Below are positions 11,946 through 25,984 of a DNA stretch of 64,000 bases, piece after piece. The notes beneath the pieces were generated by a model. It did no database searches, was not told the origin of the DNA, and worked only from the letters and a program-made list of their open reading frames with translations. Numbering within the stretch: the stretch's first letter is position 1; each line of letters starts with the position of its first letter. A program made the translations under genes and the position numbers. The stretch covers positions 434,001 through 498,000 of the forward strand of contig NIVC01000121.1 in NCBI GenBank assembly GCA_002269645.1, written 5' to 3'. Source of the stretch: Macrostomum lignano. Lineage: Eukaryota.

Positions 11946-12575
11946 ATGGCCGACTGTAACAGGTACTTTCACCATCATCATTATCAGAAACAGCCGCCGT
12001 TTGCTTTCACTGGCCCGGCGGATAAGTACACCGCACTGGACGGTTGCAATCCGCGCGATCGCCTGGCAACTACGGCGGCCAGTCTGGTGAAGCCGCCGCA
12101 GAATCAGTTGCCATGCAACCAGCGCAGTCCCACCGTCGGCGGGCCGAACCCGGGCCACACGGTGCTGCACCGGGAGCTGCACCAAACCGAGGGCTCGCCA
12201 ACAGACAGACTGCCTAACGAGGCTCACTGGGACAGATTCGATCCGCGGCTGCACCATCCCAGACCGCGGGTGGCGGATATTCAGGCCATGTCGCGAGAGG
12301 ATTTCGCACGCTATCGGGACCAGAAAGACCGCAACCCGGATCTGGTGCCCCGGGCGCCAAACATTCTGCAGTCGAACCATTGCGAGACATGCGCTTTCCC
12401 CTGGGCCAACGTGTACGGCTGCAGCAAGGACCAGTGGTACCACACGCAGCATCCGGAGTACAGGGACATCAACAAGTTCCCAAGGCCCAACACTGTGGGC
12501 TGGTTTGGCTACAGCCATGAGCAGTTGGATCGGCACAATACCGGCTACTTTTGGGGCAGCAATAAGCATGTTTGA
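11946..12575 (+). CDS. Intronless 209-aa protein nested antisense in sdk intron 7; tentative C4orf45/SPMIP2 (DUF4562)-like microtubule inner protein
   Basis: ATG..TGA ORF, GC-rich island in AT-rich/repeat flanks, AATAAA near 12841. Motifs KQPPFAFTGP and HPRPRVADIQAMSREDFA resemble my recollection of C4orf45 (KQMIFTGP; QPKPHVLDMQGKQSRASFA), not checked by search. CDS confidence is higher than family assignment (~0.4). Confidence 0.8.
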   Translation: MADCNRYFHHHHYQKQPPFAFTGPADKYTALDGCNPRDRLATTAASLVKPPQNQLPCNQRSPTVGGPNPGHTVLHRELHQTEGSPTDRLPNEAHWDRFDPRLHHPRPRVADIQAMSREDFARYRDQKDRNPDLVPRAPNILQSNHCETCAFPWANVYGCSKDQWYHTQHPEYRDINKFPRPNTVGWFGYSHEQLDRHNTGYFWGSNKHV

Positions 12576-12989
12576 TTGGTCTATTTTGCTGCCTTATGCT
12601 ACCCAGGCCTCTGCAAGAACTTTGACTATATAGATAAGCTATAATAGAAGTGTGGTTTTTTAATTAAAAACTCTTACTACATTAAGGGATTATAGTTAAA
12701 ACTATATAGTACTACTTAACAGTAGCAGCAGTAGTGTGTAACCCTACTGAGTCTGACTATTGCCTCGCGAAATCCTCAGCATCGTTGGAGTAAATATTTT
12801 TATGCAAGTTTCGATATTTTATTTAAGGTAATCACAATACAATAAATACAAAAAACTATTTTCAGATTTTGTGTGTATTTTACTTCACTAATATACATAC
12901 AGGATAACTAAACTTGGGTAAACATTTCTAGAAAGAGAGAGATAGACAAATGATTGGGACCAGGGGAGTTTATGATTAGAGAAATGGGA

Positions 12990-13585
12990 AAGTCATAGGA
13001 GAGAAGGGGAGAGGGAGAGGGGAGTGAGAGATAAGTGAGAGAAGGGAGATGATAAGGGGAGATTTTAAGGAGATATAAGAGTAGGAGGCGGAGATAAGCG
13101 AGAGGAGTGGGAGATACAAGGGCGAGGGGAGAGAGAGATAAGAGAGGGAGTTAGAGATAAGAGAGAGGGGAGAGAGAGGGAGAGATAAGAGAGAGAGGGA
13201 GAGATAAGAGAGGGAGAGATAATAGAGGGGGGAGAGAAGAGAGGGAAGCAAAGAGAGGGAGAGATAAGAGAGAGGGGAGAGAGAGGGAGAGATAAGAGAG
13301 GGAGAGATAAGAGAGAGGGGATGAAGAGATAAGAGAGAGGAGAGAGAGAAGAGAGGGAGAGAAAAGAGAGGGGGGAGAGAAGAGAGGGAGAGATAAAAGA
13401 GGGGGAGATAAGAGAGAGGGGATGAAGAGATAAGAGAGAGGAGAGAGAGAAGAGAGGGAGAGAAAAGAGAGGGGGGAGATAAGAGAGGGAGAGATAAAAG
13501 AGGGGGAGATAAGAGAGAGGGGATGAAGAGATAAGAGAGAGGAGAGAGAGAAGAGAGGGAGAGATAAGAGAGGGGAGATATAAGA
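12990..13585. repeat. GA-rich low-complexity repeat
   Basis: Direct inspection. Confidence 0.9.
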
Positions 13586-13720
13586 GTGGGAGTCAGACAT
13601 AAAAGGCAGAGACGACGGGAAGCCGGAGATAAAAAGAACAGAAGTCCCTCCCTCCAGTTTGAACTTATACTGTAACTGACTAAAACACTAACAAACGACC
13701 ACAAAGAAGCAAAAACTTAC

Positions 13721-14335
13721 GCTGCTGCGGCATGGTGATGTTGGCGCTCGGCTTGCTCTCCAAACTTTCGCCGACTTTGTTGCGAGCCAGCACTCGAAAT
13801 CGATAGGTACGCGAGGCCAGTAGTCCGTTAGTCACCCGATATGTTGTGACGCTACCGTCTACGGTGGCTACGGCATTCCAGGTGTCCGGAGTGGAGCTTT
13901 CGGCCAGCTGTACAGAGTATGACGTCACTGGCGTGTTGCCAGTCAAGCCTGGCCGCCAGACTAAATCAATACTTCGATTGTCAATCGGATTCAACAGGGC
14001 AGACACAATAATTGGCGACTGGGGCAGCTCAATGACAGTCAGCATAGTGTCTCGTGTGTCGTTACCCGCGCTGGACAACACGAAGCACTGATAGCGGCCA
14101 GCATCCGTGGTTCGAACGCTTTTCAATCGAAGCGAACCGGTTGATTGAATTACTTCGCGAAAATTGATATCGTTTGCGACGCGAACTGGCAGGGATCCGC
14201 CGATGTCTGGGGTGTGGTACCACTCGACTGTGACCGCCACGCCTGGGCTGGTTGAGTAGCCGCACTTGATCTCCAGCTCCGAGCCTTTGATGGACTCTAC
14301 CGGCTTCTCGGGGGGTAGGATGATCTTGGTGCGCT
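13721..14335 (-). CDS. sdk: Sidekick-like exon 7 (Ig6, FN3-1)
   Basis: Acceptor ctacag|AG, phase 1; LEIKCGY..VEWYH..DAGRYQC, then FN3 [22 protein letters not shown]; donor C|GTAAGT. Confidence 0.9.
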
Positions 14336-14366
14336 CTGTAGGGGGCGATTGATAAGACAGATTGAT

Positions 14367-14636
<270 letters not shown>

Positions 14637-14767
14637 GCAAATACAGGTAAGACAAAAATGGTTAAATTTTAAAACGCTCTGATTTTTAACAATCGCATCA
14701 CGACATCGCTACTAGTAAGTAGTCAGAAGAGAAAGAAAATCCATTATAACAGTGAGAAAACACTCAC

Positions 14768-14923
14768 GCAGCACATTTAGGTAGCCAGAGGTCTGATCGC
14801 TGCCGGGCGTGTTGCTAGCCAAGCAGGTGTACCTGCCAGTGTCGGAGACTTGAACGGCCGTGATCAACAGACTGCCAGTAGACTGCACTAAGAATCTGCC
14901 GCCACTTGTTAGATGAGTGCCGT
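14768..14923 (-). CDS. sdk: Sidekick-like exon 6 (second half of Ig5)
   Basis: Acceptor ttgcag|AC, phase 1; GSLLITAVQVSDTGRYTCLASN; donor C|GTGAGT. Confidence 0.9.
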
Positions 14924-15364
14924 CTGCAATTGCCATTTAGTATATGGACTAGCCAATTCCAACCCCCTTTTGGGGCGTGCTGTCCTAACCCCATCCCTTG
15001 ATCTGTAGGGGGTGGCACTCTTGTTTGCGGCAATTAGGCCTCTATTGACGACGGGAGGGCCGCTGCCACCACCTTCCAATGCGCGACGATGATTTGTTGC
15101 GTCACAGCAATCCATTTAATACAGTACCACAGTGAGCTTCGTAACCGCCTACTTGACTGCCTGCCTGACTGACTCTCGCTAATCACTTATAAGTGTGCGC
15201 AAGTTGGCCAAGTATGAACTCCATTTACAATGCAAGCAATGGATGATTGGATAATTCGCTGTGGAAACAGTTTGTCACTCTGGGGAGTTCGGGTCTTCCT
15301 GCGTGAATGGAACTGATCATGATTGCGGATCTTTGTGACTGCCTCTGCTGTCTGTGCCCCTCTC

Positions 15365-15575
15365 GATGTCTGTCTGTGTCTGTGTCTGCTGTATCTGGCT
15401 GTGCGTCTGTCTCAGTTTATGTGTGCCTGTCTGTCTGTTTGTCTGTCTGTCTGTGTCTGTCTGCGTCTGTCTGTGTCTGTCTGCGTCTGTCTGTGTATGT
15501 CTATGTCTGTGTCTACTGTATCTGGTTGTGCGTCTTTCTCAGTTTATGTGTGCCTGTCTGTCTGTCTTGGTCTGT
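15365..15575. repeat. TG/TCTG-rich low complexity
   Basis: Direct inspection. Confidence 0.8.
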
Positions 15576-15901
15576 CTTAGTACCTGTCTTCATGTCGGCC
15601 TATCTTAATATTCGTCAGTATTTGTCTATCTAATTATAACACTGTCTTACTGTACCTGGCAGTCTCTATCTACGGTAACTTTTTTCACCCTTTGTATTTT
15701 TCTGCCTGTGAGATCATCCATCCTTCTGTGGGCCAAGTTGTATTGTTAAAAATATTCGAGCTACATAGATAAGCATAAATTTTTTATGCTTTTCTATAGT
15801 CTGTCCTTCAATCAGGCCAACCCAATAATAACATACGAGTACATCATTGATGAACAACTACAGGACCAATTAGTAAAGCAATAAGCGTGAGCTTTTTTCA
15901 C

Positions 15902-16018
15902 CTTTCAGCCACTGTATTGTGGGCGTCGGAGCCCCGGTGGCAACGCAAGCGAAACTGACATCCTCCAGCTCCAATTTAGTCACGTTGGTCATCGGAGTGG
16001 AGATTTTCGGCACGGAGC
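15902..16018 (-). CDS. sdk: Sidekick-like exon 5 (first half of Ig5)
   Basis: Acceptor ttgcag|GC, phase 1, after an 11.5-kb intron; VSFACVATGAPTPTIQWLK; donor G|GTGAAA. Confidence 0.88.
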
Positions 16019-17284
16019 CTGCAACAAATGAACGGAGCACAGATGAAGAGCTGCTGCAAATTGAGTTTATTTCACAGTGAAGATAGCAGAGAGCAGACAC
16101 ATCCCATTCAGCATAACATTTTGAATCGGGTTGGTCTCAAACTAATTCTCAAATTGGAGGCACATTTTTTTCTTTCTTCTCTCCCGCGCCTGGGTGAGTC
16201 AACTCAAACAGCTATTCCAAGGGTTAAAGGAGATAATGAGCCGGCGTAGAGGCCGTTCAGCCAAGGAGGCCCAGAGCCAGAGTCTGCAGTCAGCAGCTCC
16301 TCCCCAAAAATCGCCCTCCCCCCAATTCTTAGACAACTGTAGGCCGGCATGCCTAACGATTGGAAACTCAGTGCCGCAGTGCAGTGTACACCCTGTGTGA
16401 GCTGTGTACGAGTTCGTGCCTGCGTACAGTATTGGTGCCCTTGTATGTGTTCAGGAGTCAGCGGAATTCTGTGCCAACAGAAAAAACACTGCAGTCAGCC
16501 TACAGTTGTCTGAGAGTTGGTGGATTAAGGCAAGATCCGTTAATCCAGGTTTTGGTTTTCGGCCTCCTTGTCGCCACCCCTAGTTTAGAGGGGGGTGGGG
16601 CTGCCCCCTCGTGACAAACAACCTCGGTGAGTTAGGTCTCTTATCAGTCGAATCCAAGAGACCGGAGCAGCTAGAGAGGGGGGGAGGAGCAGAGACGAAA
16701 TCCTAAAGAGGGAATCCAAAGCCCAACCTATGGGGATATCAGAACAATAAATATTACTAGTATATAGAAAATATATATAAATCCCTGTCAACACTCGAAC
16801 TCAAGCGAGCATTGGGTGGGGAGGGGGATAAGACTCGAAGATTGGTAGGGGGTGCCATCAACCCCCCTCCCTCCTATATGTGCTCACTCTAAAAAGATTA
16901 CGTAACATGAAAAGCCACAAGTCACTGAAGAACTCTTCAATGCAAACTGGAAAAATAGCTAAAGCTTGCAGAAAAATGGCCGAGTTTAAAACACTTCTGT
17001 GTTCTGTGTGAGCCTGTGCAGGTTGGCCAAAAAAATGGTCTGCAACTGTGGCTGTTCAAAAGGTGTAAAACCTAATCCAATGCGCGTATCCTCATCAAAA
17101 TATCAGGTGTAAAGTTAAAAGATCTGAACGGTAAAGAAACATAGTTTATTTTAGATACTAAGCATTAAATATTCTGTTTCTATGCTTTTTCCAATTCACC
17201 ATTATTAACCCCATGATTAACTTTTGGTAACCTGTAACCGCATGACTACAAATTAGTAACCTCAAAAGTAGAATATGTAACTGA

Positions 17285-18315
17285 CATGGCTGCAACCTAA
17301 GCTTCGTGACTGCAACTTCAGCTTCCTGACTGCAACCTCAGCTTCGTGACAGCAACATTAGCTCTATGACAGCAACATTAGCTTCGTGACTGCAACCTCA
17401 GCTTTGTGAATGCAACCTTAGCTTTGTGACTTCAACCTCAGCTTCGTGACTGCAACCTCAGCTTTGTGAATGCAACCTTAGCTTTGTGACTTCAACCTCA
17501 GCTTCGTGACTGCAACCTCAGCTTTGTGAATGCAACCTTAGCTTTGTGACTTCAACCTCAGCTTTGTGACTGCAGCCTCAGCTTCGTGAATGCAACCTCA
17601 GCTTCGTGACTGCAACCTCAGCTTTGTGAATGCAACCTTAGCTTTGTGACTTCAACCTCAGCTTCGTGACTGCAGCCTCAGCTTCGTGACTGCAACCTCA
17701 GCTTCGTGACTGCAACCTCGGCTTCGTGACTGCAACCTCAGCTTCGTGACTGCAACCTCAGCTTCGTGACTGCAACCTCAGCTTCGTGACTGCAACCTCA
17801 GCTTCGTGACTGCAACCTCGGCTTCGTGACTGCAACCTCAGCTTCGTGACTGCAACCTCAGCTTCGTGACTGCAACCTCGGCTTCGTGACTGCAACCTCA
17901 GCTTTGTGAATGCAACCTTAGCTTTGTGACTTCAACCTCAGCTTCGTGACTGCAGCCTCAGCTTCGTGAATGCAACCTCAGCTTCGTGACTGCAACCTCA
18001 GCTTTGTGACTTCAACATTAACTTTCTGACTGCAACCTCAGCTTCGTGACTGCAACCTCAGCTTCGTGACTTCAACCTCAGCTTCGTGACTGCAACCTCA
18101 GCTTCGTGACTGCAACCTCAGCTTCGTGACTTCAACCCCAGCTTCGTGACTGCAACCTTAGCTTCGTGACTGCAACCTCAGCTTCGTGACTGCAAAATTA
18201 GCTTCGTGACTGCAACCTCAGCTTCGTGACTGCAACCTCAGCTTCGTGACTGCAACCTCAGCTTCGTGACTTCAACCTCAGCTTCGTGACTGCAACATTA
18301 GCTTCGTGACTGCAG
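17285..18315. repeat. 20-bp minisatellite (GCTTCGTGACTGCAACCTCA)
   Basis: About 50 head-to-tail units, no spacers. Confidence 0.95.
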
Positions 18316-19234
18316 GTTAACAAAGTCGTAGATTTATGCAGTGATTGATAAAATTTGAAAGCCAGAGAAAGTTCGCGTTTGCTACAAAACAGGTCGCACA
18401 GTTTGTACACTTCAAGTTCTTCTGCATAAAGAGTAAAATTAATTTGCGCAGGAGACTTTCCTACTGAAATATTTGTTATTCTTAGTAGGCAGCATCAGTT
18501 AAATAAAAATCTCTGACTTTCCCAAAGCTTAAAGGTATCAGCTTCTAGTGCCTAAATCCATTAAATCCAAAATGGAAGAGTTAAACTTCAAGATTCCAAA
18601 ATTTGGGACAAAAATGTTGTCTATTTAATACAATTATTGGTCGGGTTAGTCACCTGGAATGCGCGGTCGGTTTTGGAAAAGCTTTTTTCTCCACTTTTCC
18701 CTTATAGAAGACGCCTCCAGCCGAGTTCAGACAGATGTGGGCAAGAGAAGAAAAAAAGATTTTTCATTTACATTAAAGTAATGCACACGCAGCATCTGCG
18801 CATAGGCAACGCAAGGTAATCCTTGAAGTCGGTTTCAAGCCTAATAAGGAGGATATCACTTGATCCGCGTGACCTGTTGCATAGGGAACCCGAGTTGGAA
18901 AGCAAGGAATATTGTTTAGGCCCCGAGGCAAAATGGTTCCGTTGCTGCTTGGTATAAACTATTTTGGTCGATTTTTTCTGCTGCGATATAGAAAGGGATA
19001 TCAACATCTGGGGACAAATTAACTCCGTGTTCTAAATCCCCAGATTAGGATAACCGCTGCGGGCATTTTCATCTACGGGGAAACGATTGAATTAAGGTAC
19101 GTATATGCAACCAGATCTAGAATATGTAATCTTGTAGGATCGTTAATTCCAATAAAATCCATTAGACTTCTCGAGTACTACCGCCCTACCTGTAGACTTA
19201 CCTATAGCTAAACTTTCCCACGGCTAATAACTGG

Positions 19235-19915
19235 CTAAATCCGTATCCATTAGACTCCCGTGAATCACCCCTTCATCCATTTGACTCCCGTGAATGACCC
19301 CCTCATATATTAGACTACCGTGAATTACCCCATCATCCATTAGACTCCAGTGAGTGACCTCCCTCATCCTTTAGACTCCCGTGAATGATCCCTTATCTAT
19401 TAGACTCACGTAAATGATTCCTTATCTATTAGACTCACGTAAATGATCCTTCATCCGTTAGACTCCCGTGAATGATCCCTTATCTGACTCACGTGAATGA
19501 TCCCTCACCCGTTAGACTCCCGTGAATGATACCATATTATTAGACTCACGTGAATGATCCCTCATCCGTTAGCCTCCCGTGAATGATCCCTTATCTATTA
19601 GACTCACGTAAATGATCCTTCATCCGTTAGTCTCCCGTGAATGACCCCCTCATCCATTAGACTCCCGTGAATGACCCCCTCATATATTAGACTACCGTGA
19701 ATGACCTCCCTTATCCTTTAGACTCCCGTGAATGACTCCCTCATCCGTTAGACTCCCGTGAATGACCCCCTAATCCGTTAGACTCCTGTAAATGATTCCT
19801 AATCTATTAGACTCCCGTGAATGACCTCCTTAGCCATTAGACTCCTACGAATGACCCCTGATCCGTTAGACTCCCGTGAATGACCCCACAACCATTAAAC
19901 TTCCCACCAATGACC
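19235..19915. repeat. ~30-bp minisatellite (CATTAGACTCCCGTGAATGACCCCCTCATC)
   Basis: About 22 diverged units. Confidence 0.88.
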
Positions 19916-20894
19916 CTCATAAAAAGTTAGAAGATATCCAATACTATAGAAAGTTATCTTCTTCTGTCAAAAAACTAACCAAACCTTTATTTTCCTTACT
20001 ACGAGTATGAAACTGGTTAGACAGCGGCAACCAAATCCCACACCAATTATATGTTAGCTCCCAACGGAAAACTGAAAGCAGAGAACGCAAAAAACAGACA
20101 ACATTCAACGACTTAATTAACTGACATTGCTTTCTCAAAAGCAAATCAAGAAAGCAGATTTAAGAAAGTAGATTCAGATGAAGTAGATTACGGAGAAGTG
20201 ACACGTCGGAGCTAAGGGAAATCTTACAAAATCCTGTTATGGTTGTACAAGAGGTCAAGCCGTCCCTCAACCCCTGTAGTGGTGTGTAGTCACCAGTCTC
20301 TCGTGACTAGTCCTAAGTCTAGTCTGTTATTCTCCCAGCATCATGGGATGCTGAACAAATTACACAGACAAGGAAGCCTTCATGAAGCAATCTTCCGTGT
20401 ATAAGTTTGTAGGCTCCCTCTGGGCCAAATATCGGTTTCAAAACTAGAAAGCCCCCAGCTGACTCGTTATCTCTATATGGACTGGAAAAGGGTCACTGTG
20501 TTTTCGGAGGACAAGAAGATGACGCAATGCGGAAGTTATCCTTAAAGGAAGAAAGAAATGGCAAACTCAAAAAACACACAGGAGGAGGCGCGGCTCTCAC
20601 TCTCTGCAACAGCAAGAGTTTCCACCCTCCAATGAGCAAAACATATAAGAATATATAGGTTTGCCTTGTCCAGGTAAATATCGAACCAAACACCAATAAT
20701 TTCACTCAGGTGCCCAGTTGAACGGAAATCTTTCTTCTTAGTGTAAGACTGAAGTAAGTTATATGCGTAAGACCAGGATTAATAAACTTTCGTGTGAATT
20801 TCAAGCAGTCTAGCTTTATATAGCTCAAGTCTAAAGTTTACTAAAAGCTTAAAACGATAAAATTAAAAGCTTCATCTGTGCAACTGTACACAGA

Positions 20895-21282
20895 TCTTAA
20901 ACTTCACAAACTTTAAACTTCACAAGCCCTAAACTTCACAAGCCCTAAACTTCCCAAACCCTAAACTTCACAAGCCCTAAAATTCACAAACCCTAAACTT
21001 CACAAACCCTAAACTTCACAAGCCCTAAACTTCACAAACCCTAAACTTCCCAAACCTTAAACTTCACAAGCCCTAAACTTCACAAACCCTAAACTTCACA
21101 AGCCCTAAACTTCACAAACCCTAAACTTCACAAGCCCTAAACTTCACAAACCCTAAACTTCCCAAACCTTAAACTTCACAAACCGTAAAATTCACAAGCC
21201 CTAAACTTCACAAACCCTAAACTTCACAGACCCTAAACTTCACAAACCCTAAACTTCACAGACCCTAAACTTCACAGACCCC
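20895..21282. repeat. 16-bp minisatellite (CCCTAAACTTCACAA[A/G])
   Basis: Direct inspection. Confidence 0.9.
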
Positions 21283-24200
21283 AAATTATAGGCATCACGA
21301 GTTACTTTAGACTGCTACAATTTTGAGCTTCAAACACAGAGGTTTCTAGTTCTTTTAACGAAAACCCTGAGCTGAGGATAAGCTGAGCTTCAACGAGAAA
21401 ACCGCTTGAGCACGCGATTGGACTCATTGAAGCGAGCAGGTTATACACTATAGCAAGCCAACTAATTAATTTGATACAGACAGCGAAAGTTAGTTAAAGA
21501 CTAAAGAAAAAAGGCTTGGACACTAAAAAATAAGAGAAAGGATCAAAAAACATAACGTAATAGCTGTTGCTATGCTAAATATAGACATAGACAACCCAGT
21601 TGAATAGACTACAGTAGACTGTTTGCTAAGACATTGTCATTACGCAATCGATAGTTTATATATACTCTCGTAATGCTATTCTGTTTACAAACAGACGAGT
21701 ATTCATGTCATGCAGTCGCTGTGTGCTGTTTAAAATTTTAGCTATAATATATATTGAGAGACTCCAGATTCTGTACAGCGATTAGATCTCATTGATGACT
21801 GACTGAATTCGATGCTACAATACGATACCATGATCTCTCTTTATTTTTCTTCAAAGATAGAAGCGAATAAAATGAAAACGGAAGTTAACAAAAAAACTCC
21901 GCCCTACCCTACCGCGCCTCACTGCCTGAGCCTTCAACTTCGCCTACAACCCAAAAAGATGAGATGAGATGAGATGACTCACCGTTTAAAGACGCCAACA
22001 TCCATATACTATTTTCCAAACTTAGACTAACCTTTAACCCCCTCCGCCTTCTATGATAGATGCGCAGGATGTGCTGTAGCCAAAAGCAAAGCGGTTGAAA
22101 TCAAAAGGCCTCTTTTTAAATAATGGCGACAAGCCGTTTAACCATAAACTTAATATACGTTTAGGGCGGATCTCTTAGCACGCAATCAATCAATAGGGCG
22201 CTATTTGCCGTCTTATAATACAGAGGCCGGATAATGGAGACTTTGAAGGCGTTTGTGCAAGCAGTTTTTCAAAACTTTTCTTTCATATTTGAAGAGAGAA
22301 GAACTTCCTTGACCTGATTTTTAGTGGTTGGTTAGTACTAAAATGTTACACGTTCATAGTTAAATTATATGATTGTATCCAGTCAAACGAAAAGCATACT
22401 TGTAATATTTACTAAACAAAATAGTCTTCCCAACAGCCTACCAAGGAGTTACATGTACAAGCCGCTCTAAACCAGATCTGTAAAATTGACCATTGTTGAA
22501 CAAAAAAATGGATGCAGCTGCTGAACAGCCAAGTTAAACCTTCGGGATGACCTGATAATGACAGGTTTAGAAATCTTTCACAACTACAGACAGTTTAATG
22601 AAAAAATTACCAAAGGAAAAGCTATGAACTGCCTATAATCCATATGCCGGCCTCTAAAACATGCGAGGAATGCGCCACAGAGGAAGCAAAAATGGAGTAA
22701 TCTTGTCGTGTTTTGTCAAAATTCTGCCTGTAGCAATCAGCCATGGCGTACTAAAACAGTTAGCAAATATCTGGTTTGGAAACCTTTTCAAAATGCTAAG
22801 CCTAGTACTCGTACTGAGCCACCTGCATTGTTTCACATCCTGCAAGCCAACCAACATCTTTGTCGTATTCTGTAGAACGCAGCGTGTGGTCTAACTAAAT
22901 TTTTTCGGAACTAAATAACAATACAATACGAAATGTAAAAACAAAAGCTAAGTAAAAAATGAAAAAATATTCGTTACATACTTTATACAAAATGGTAGCA
23001 AGTTTATAGAAGCTATATAATTATTTACTTCATGTATTCTAAAAGGTCTGGTTGGGTGGTCTAAGCCCGGCTAAAAGCCAAGGACACTCTGATCCAGATA
23101 TCTGGATAGGAAATGATCGAGACATCAGGTATTTTGTTTAACCGTAAAGGAATTTCAAATGCGAAAGAAACGTGTTTATTTCTGGTGATAATCTAAAACT
23201 TTTTATGAAGGTTTTGCATCGGGGTGCCCACAGGCCTCACGCGAATATTTATTTTTGTGTATTAACATATTGCTATATACCATAAGCTATCGATGTTAAG
23301 ACAAATTTCAATGAAGACTTCCCTACACCAGATTCCTCATTTAAGATCACCCTTCGACTCTATCTTTCCCTTAGGGAAGAAAGCGAAAAGGGTTCCCCGC
23401 AGGGGGGAGGGGCTTAAAACTCGTCTCTATGTATAAGACCGCCACCGCATGAAAGAGAAAGCCTTCCTCCGAACCGCTCTAAATTTGTTGGGCAATCGCC
23501 ATTCGTTTGAATACAGACACACAGTTCAAAGTTGTTAGAGAAGACAGATATTCTTCACAGCATCTTCAACGTTTAACTAATCATAATCCTATAGATTAAT
23601 TTTATTCCCGTGGGAGTATTATACGCGCTAGTTTTGTTACTAAAACTATCTAGGCTAAAACATTTCTGTTGTCAAGGTTACACAACCCCTACACCTTGAG
23701 GCGTTAAATTTTCTATATTACAGTTCTATTCCTTCAGCTATAATATTATTACGTTAGACATGTAACAGGTCCAAACCTATTTGCATCCGATGCCAGAACA
23801 GTCGCATACCCTGAGGCGATTCAGTTTTGGCCTCTGAATAATTATAATAGCCAACCTATGGGATGACGACTCACCCAATTGCGTCACTAAACCCCCCCCC
23901 TGTCTCCTCTCAGCTCTTCAGATCCAGAAAAGGAAGACACTCACGACCCTCGCCAGATGGGTTTAGAAATCTTCCCAGAAAAATCCCCTTATCATATATT
24001 AGAGCGCTTCCTCCATATAGTTACAGCACGAATAATATTCGAAATTTTGCCATAATTTTAATGACGAGGCAAAAAAATGGAACCCAGCGTAATTCTACCT
24101 GCATTTGTGACTTTAATTTCAGGGGTTTGTAGCCAATTTGGCTCTCATCCCCCAATATTTCAAGGATATTACATCATCGTTAAATTTCGAAAATTCAACG

Positions 24201-24869
24201 GGCAACGCACAGAACAAAATCTGAAACCCCGAAATGATTGAGCAGCTCATCAAGATTGCCTCCTCCCACATGTTGCTACTTGCTAGATGTCAAGTAGGTC
24301 TCTTAATTAACATTGCAGGTGAATCAAATATGTTCAATAACATTTTTATATAGCTACTAGCTGGGTCAATTCAGGTGAAAAGCAAGGAAAGAGGAAAATT
24401 AGAAATTATAATGTTTATGATTTCATAAATTACTAGGCTAGTTACATCTTCAGCTCAGCAATCTTCAGTTCAGAATAGGGGTATAACAATGTTAACTGAG
24501 AGGCTTCCACTAATTGTTGCATCCCACATCCCATGGAGACAACGAAACCTCAACAATTTGAGGTTAACCAAACTGATAATTATAGTTGGAGCAAGAATTG
24601 AGAATTGAGCTCAAATGCCTCCTGGCGCTTGTTTGTTCAGAGCAATTATAGCATTAGCCTGTCTTTGATGACCTGTCATTCTTTCTGCATATTCTGCATA
24701 TAAATATAGCTTCTTGTTGCAAAGTGTACCGCGTACTCGCACTGCTGGATAGATGATTTGGTTAAAGAGAATGCTGTGTATACTACATGGTATCTCTGAT
24801 TTGTTTGATATCCCCATCCCCATATCCCCATTATAATTACTCAGATTTTCATTACACCATTTCTACGAG

Positions 24870-25090
24870 TATCTCCCAATTACATTTTTCCCATGTCCTC
24901 ATTACACCATTTTTATCTCACTATTACACTTATTCCATGTCCTCATTACACCATTTTCATTTCACCATTACACTTATCCCATGTCCTCATTACACTTATC
25001 CCATGTCCTCATTACACTTATTCCATGTCCTCATTACACCATTTTCATCTCACTATTACACTTATTCCATGTCCTCATTACACCTTTCCT
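24870..25090. repeat. Minisatellite built on CCATGTCCTCATTACAC
   Basis: Direct inspection. Confidence 0.75.
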
Positions 25091-25984
25091 ATCTGATTAC
25101 ACATTTCTACAGTTCGATACCTTCACTAGTCCTTTGTTCGAAAACAATGAGTCATTTGTCACTGTTTAATCCATCAATCAATCAAAACTTCACTGATCCC
25201 TAGTCATTGGAATTTTTTTGAGAAAGGAAAAATTCTACAAGACTTTTTCACTTGAGCTTCCTAGAGATTTCATTCTTTCTTGAACAATATAGAGACACAA
25301 TAGACTATAGAAAATAGGAGAGGTGAGAAGATGACATCAGGATGCTACTCGACACGGTCTAGAACACTACTTAAGAGTCGATTCATTTATTACTCTACTC
25401 AATAATTACGCAACAACTGTAGACTAAGAAGCGGAGTCACTAACTCCAGATTCACTGGTATAAGGGAAACGAAACTAAAAGATATTCTGCTTCCAGAGAG
25501 AAAAAAATCGATGCAGACATATCAATAGCCATTTTTTGTCCGTGGGCCCAGTTGTATGAAAAATTTCTATGGAATTGCAAAACTTGCGAATTAGACTTGC
25601 GTCAATCAAATGAATTCTATATCCCTCTTATGCTGCTCTTCTAGGAGCAGAGCAAAGCAAGAACAGCAAGAAGAGGAGTGCCGGAGATCTGACTGTTATT
25701 AACTGGCACGCTCGTCAATTTAAAAAGAGAAAGACGCCCCCCGGACCCATGCTACAAGCAGCAGCTCTTGAGACTCGCCAACCACTCGGGTTGGGGGGAG
25801 CTGGTGAAGCCAGGACTCAGGAATCGACTGTGTGAAATGCGATCCGCCTCTCTTTCTTTCACGGCGCACCTCAGCCACTCCTCCTTCGCCTTCTCCTGGG
25901 TCGTCTTCATGGACTCCTTTGAACTAAACTGGACTATCTACGGAAAAGAGTAGATAAAGTGGATACTCCCGCAAATCAGTGATG

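Noticed and set aside
11916-12569. 217-aa minus-strand ORF, and other antisense ORFs over exons (e.g. 3052-3318, 46156-46428)
   Set aside because: Antisense shadows of GC-rich coding sequence; non-ATG starts and no independent features.
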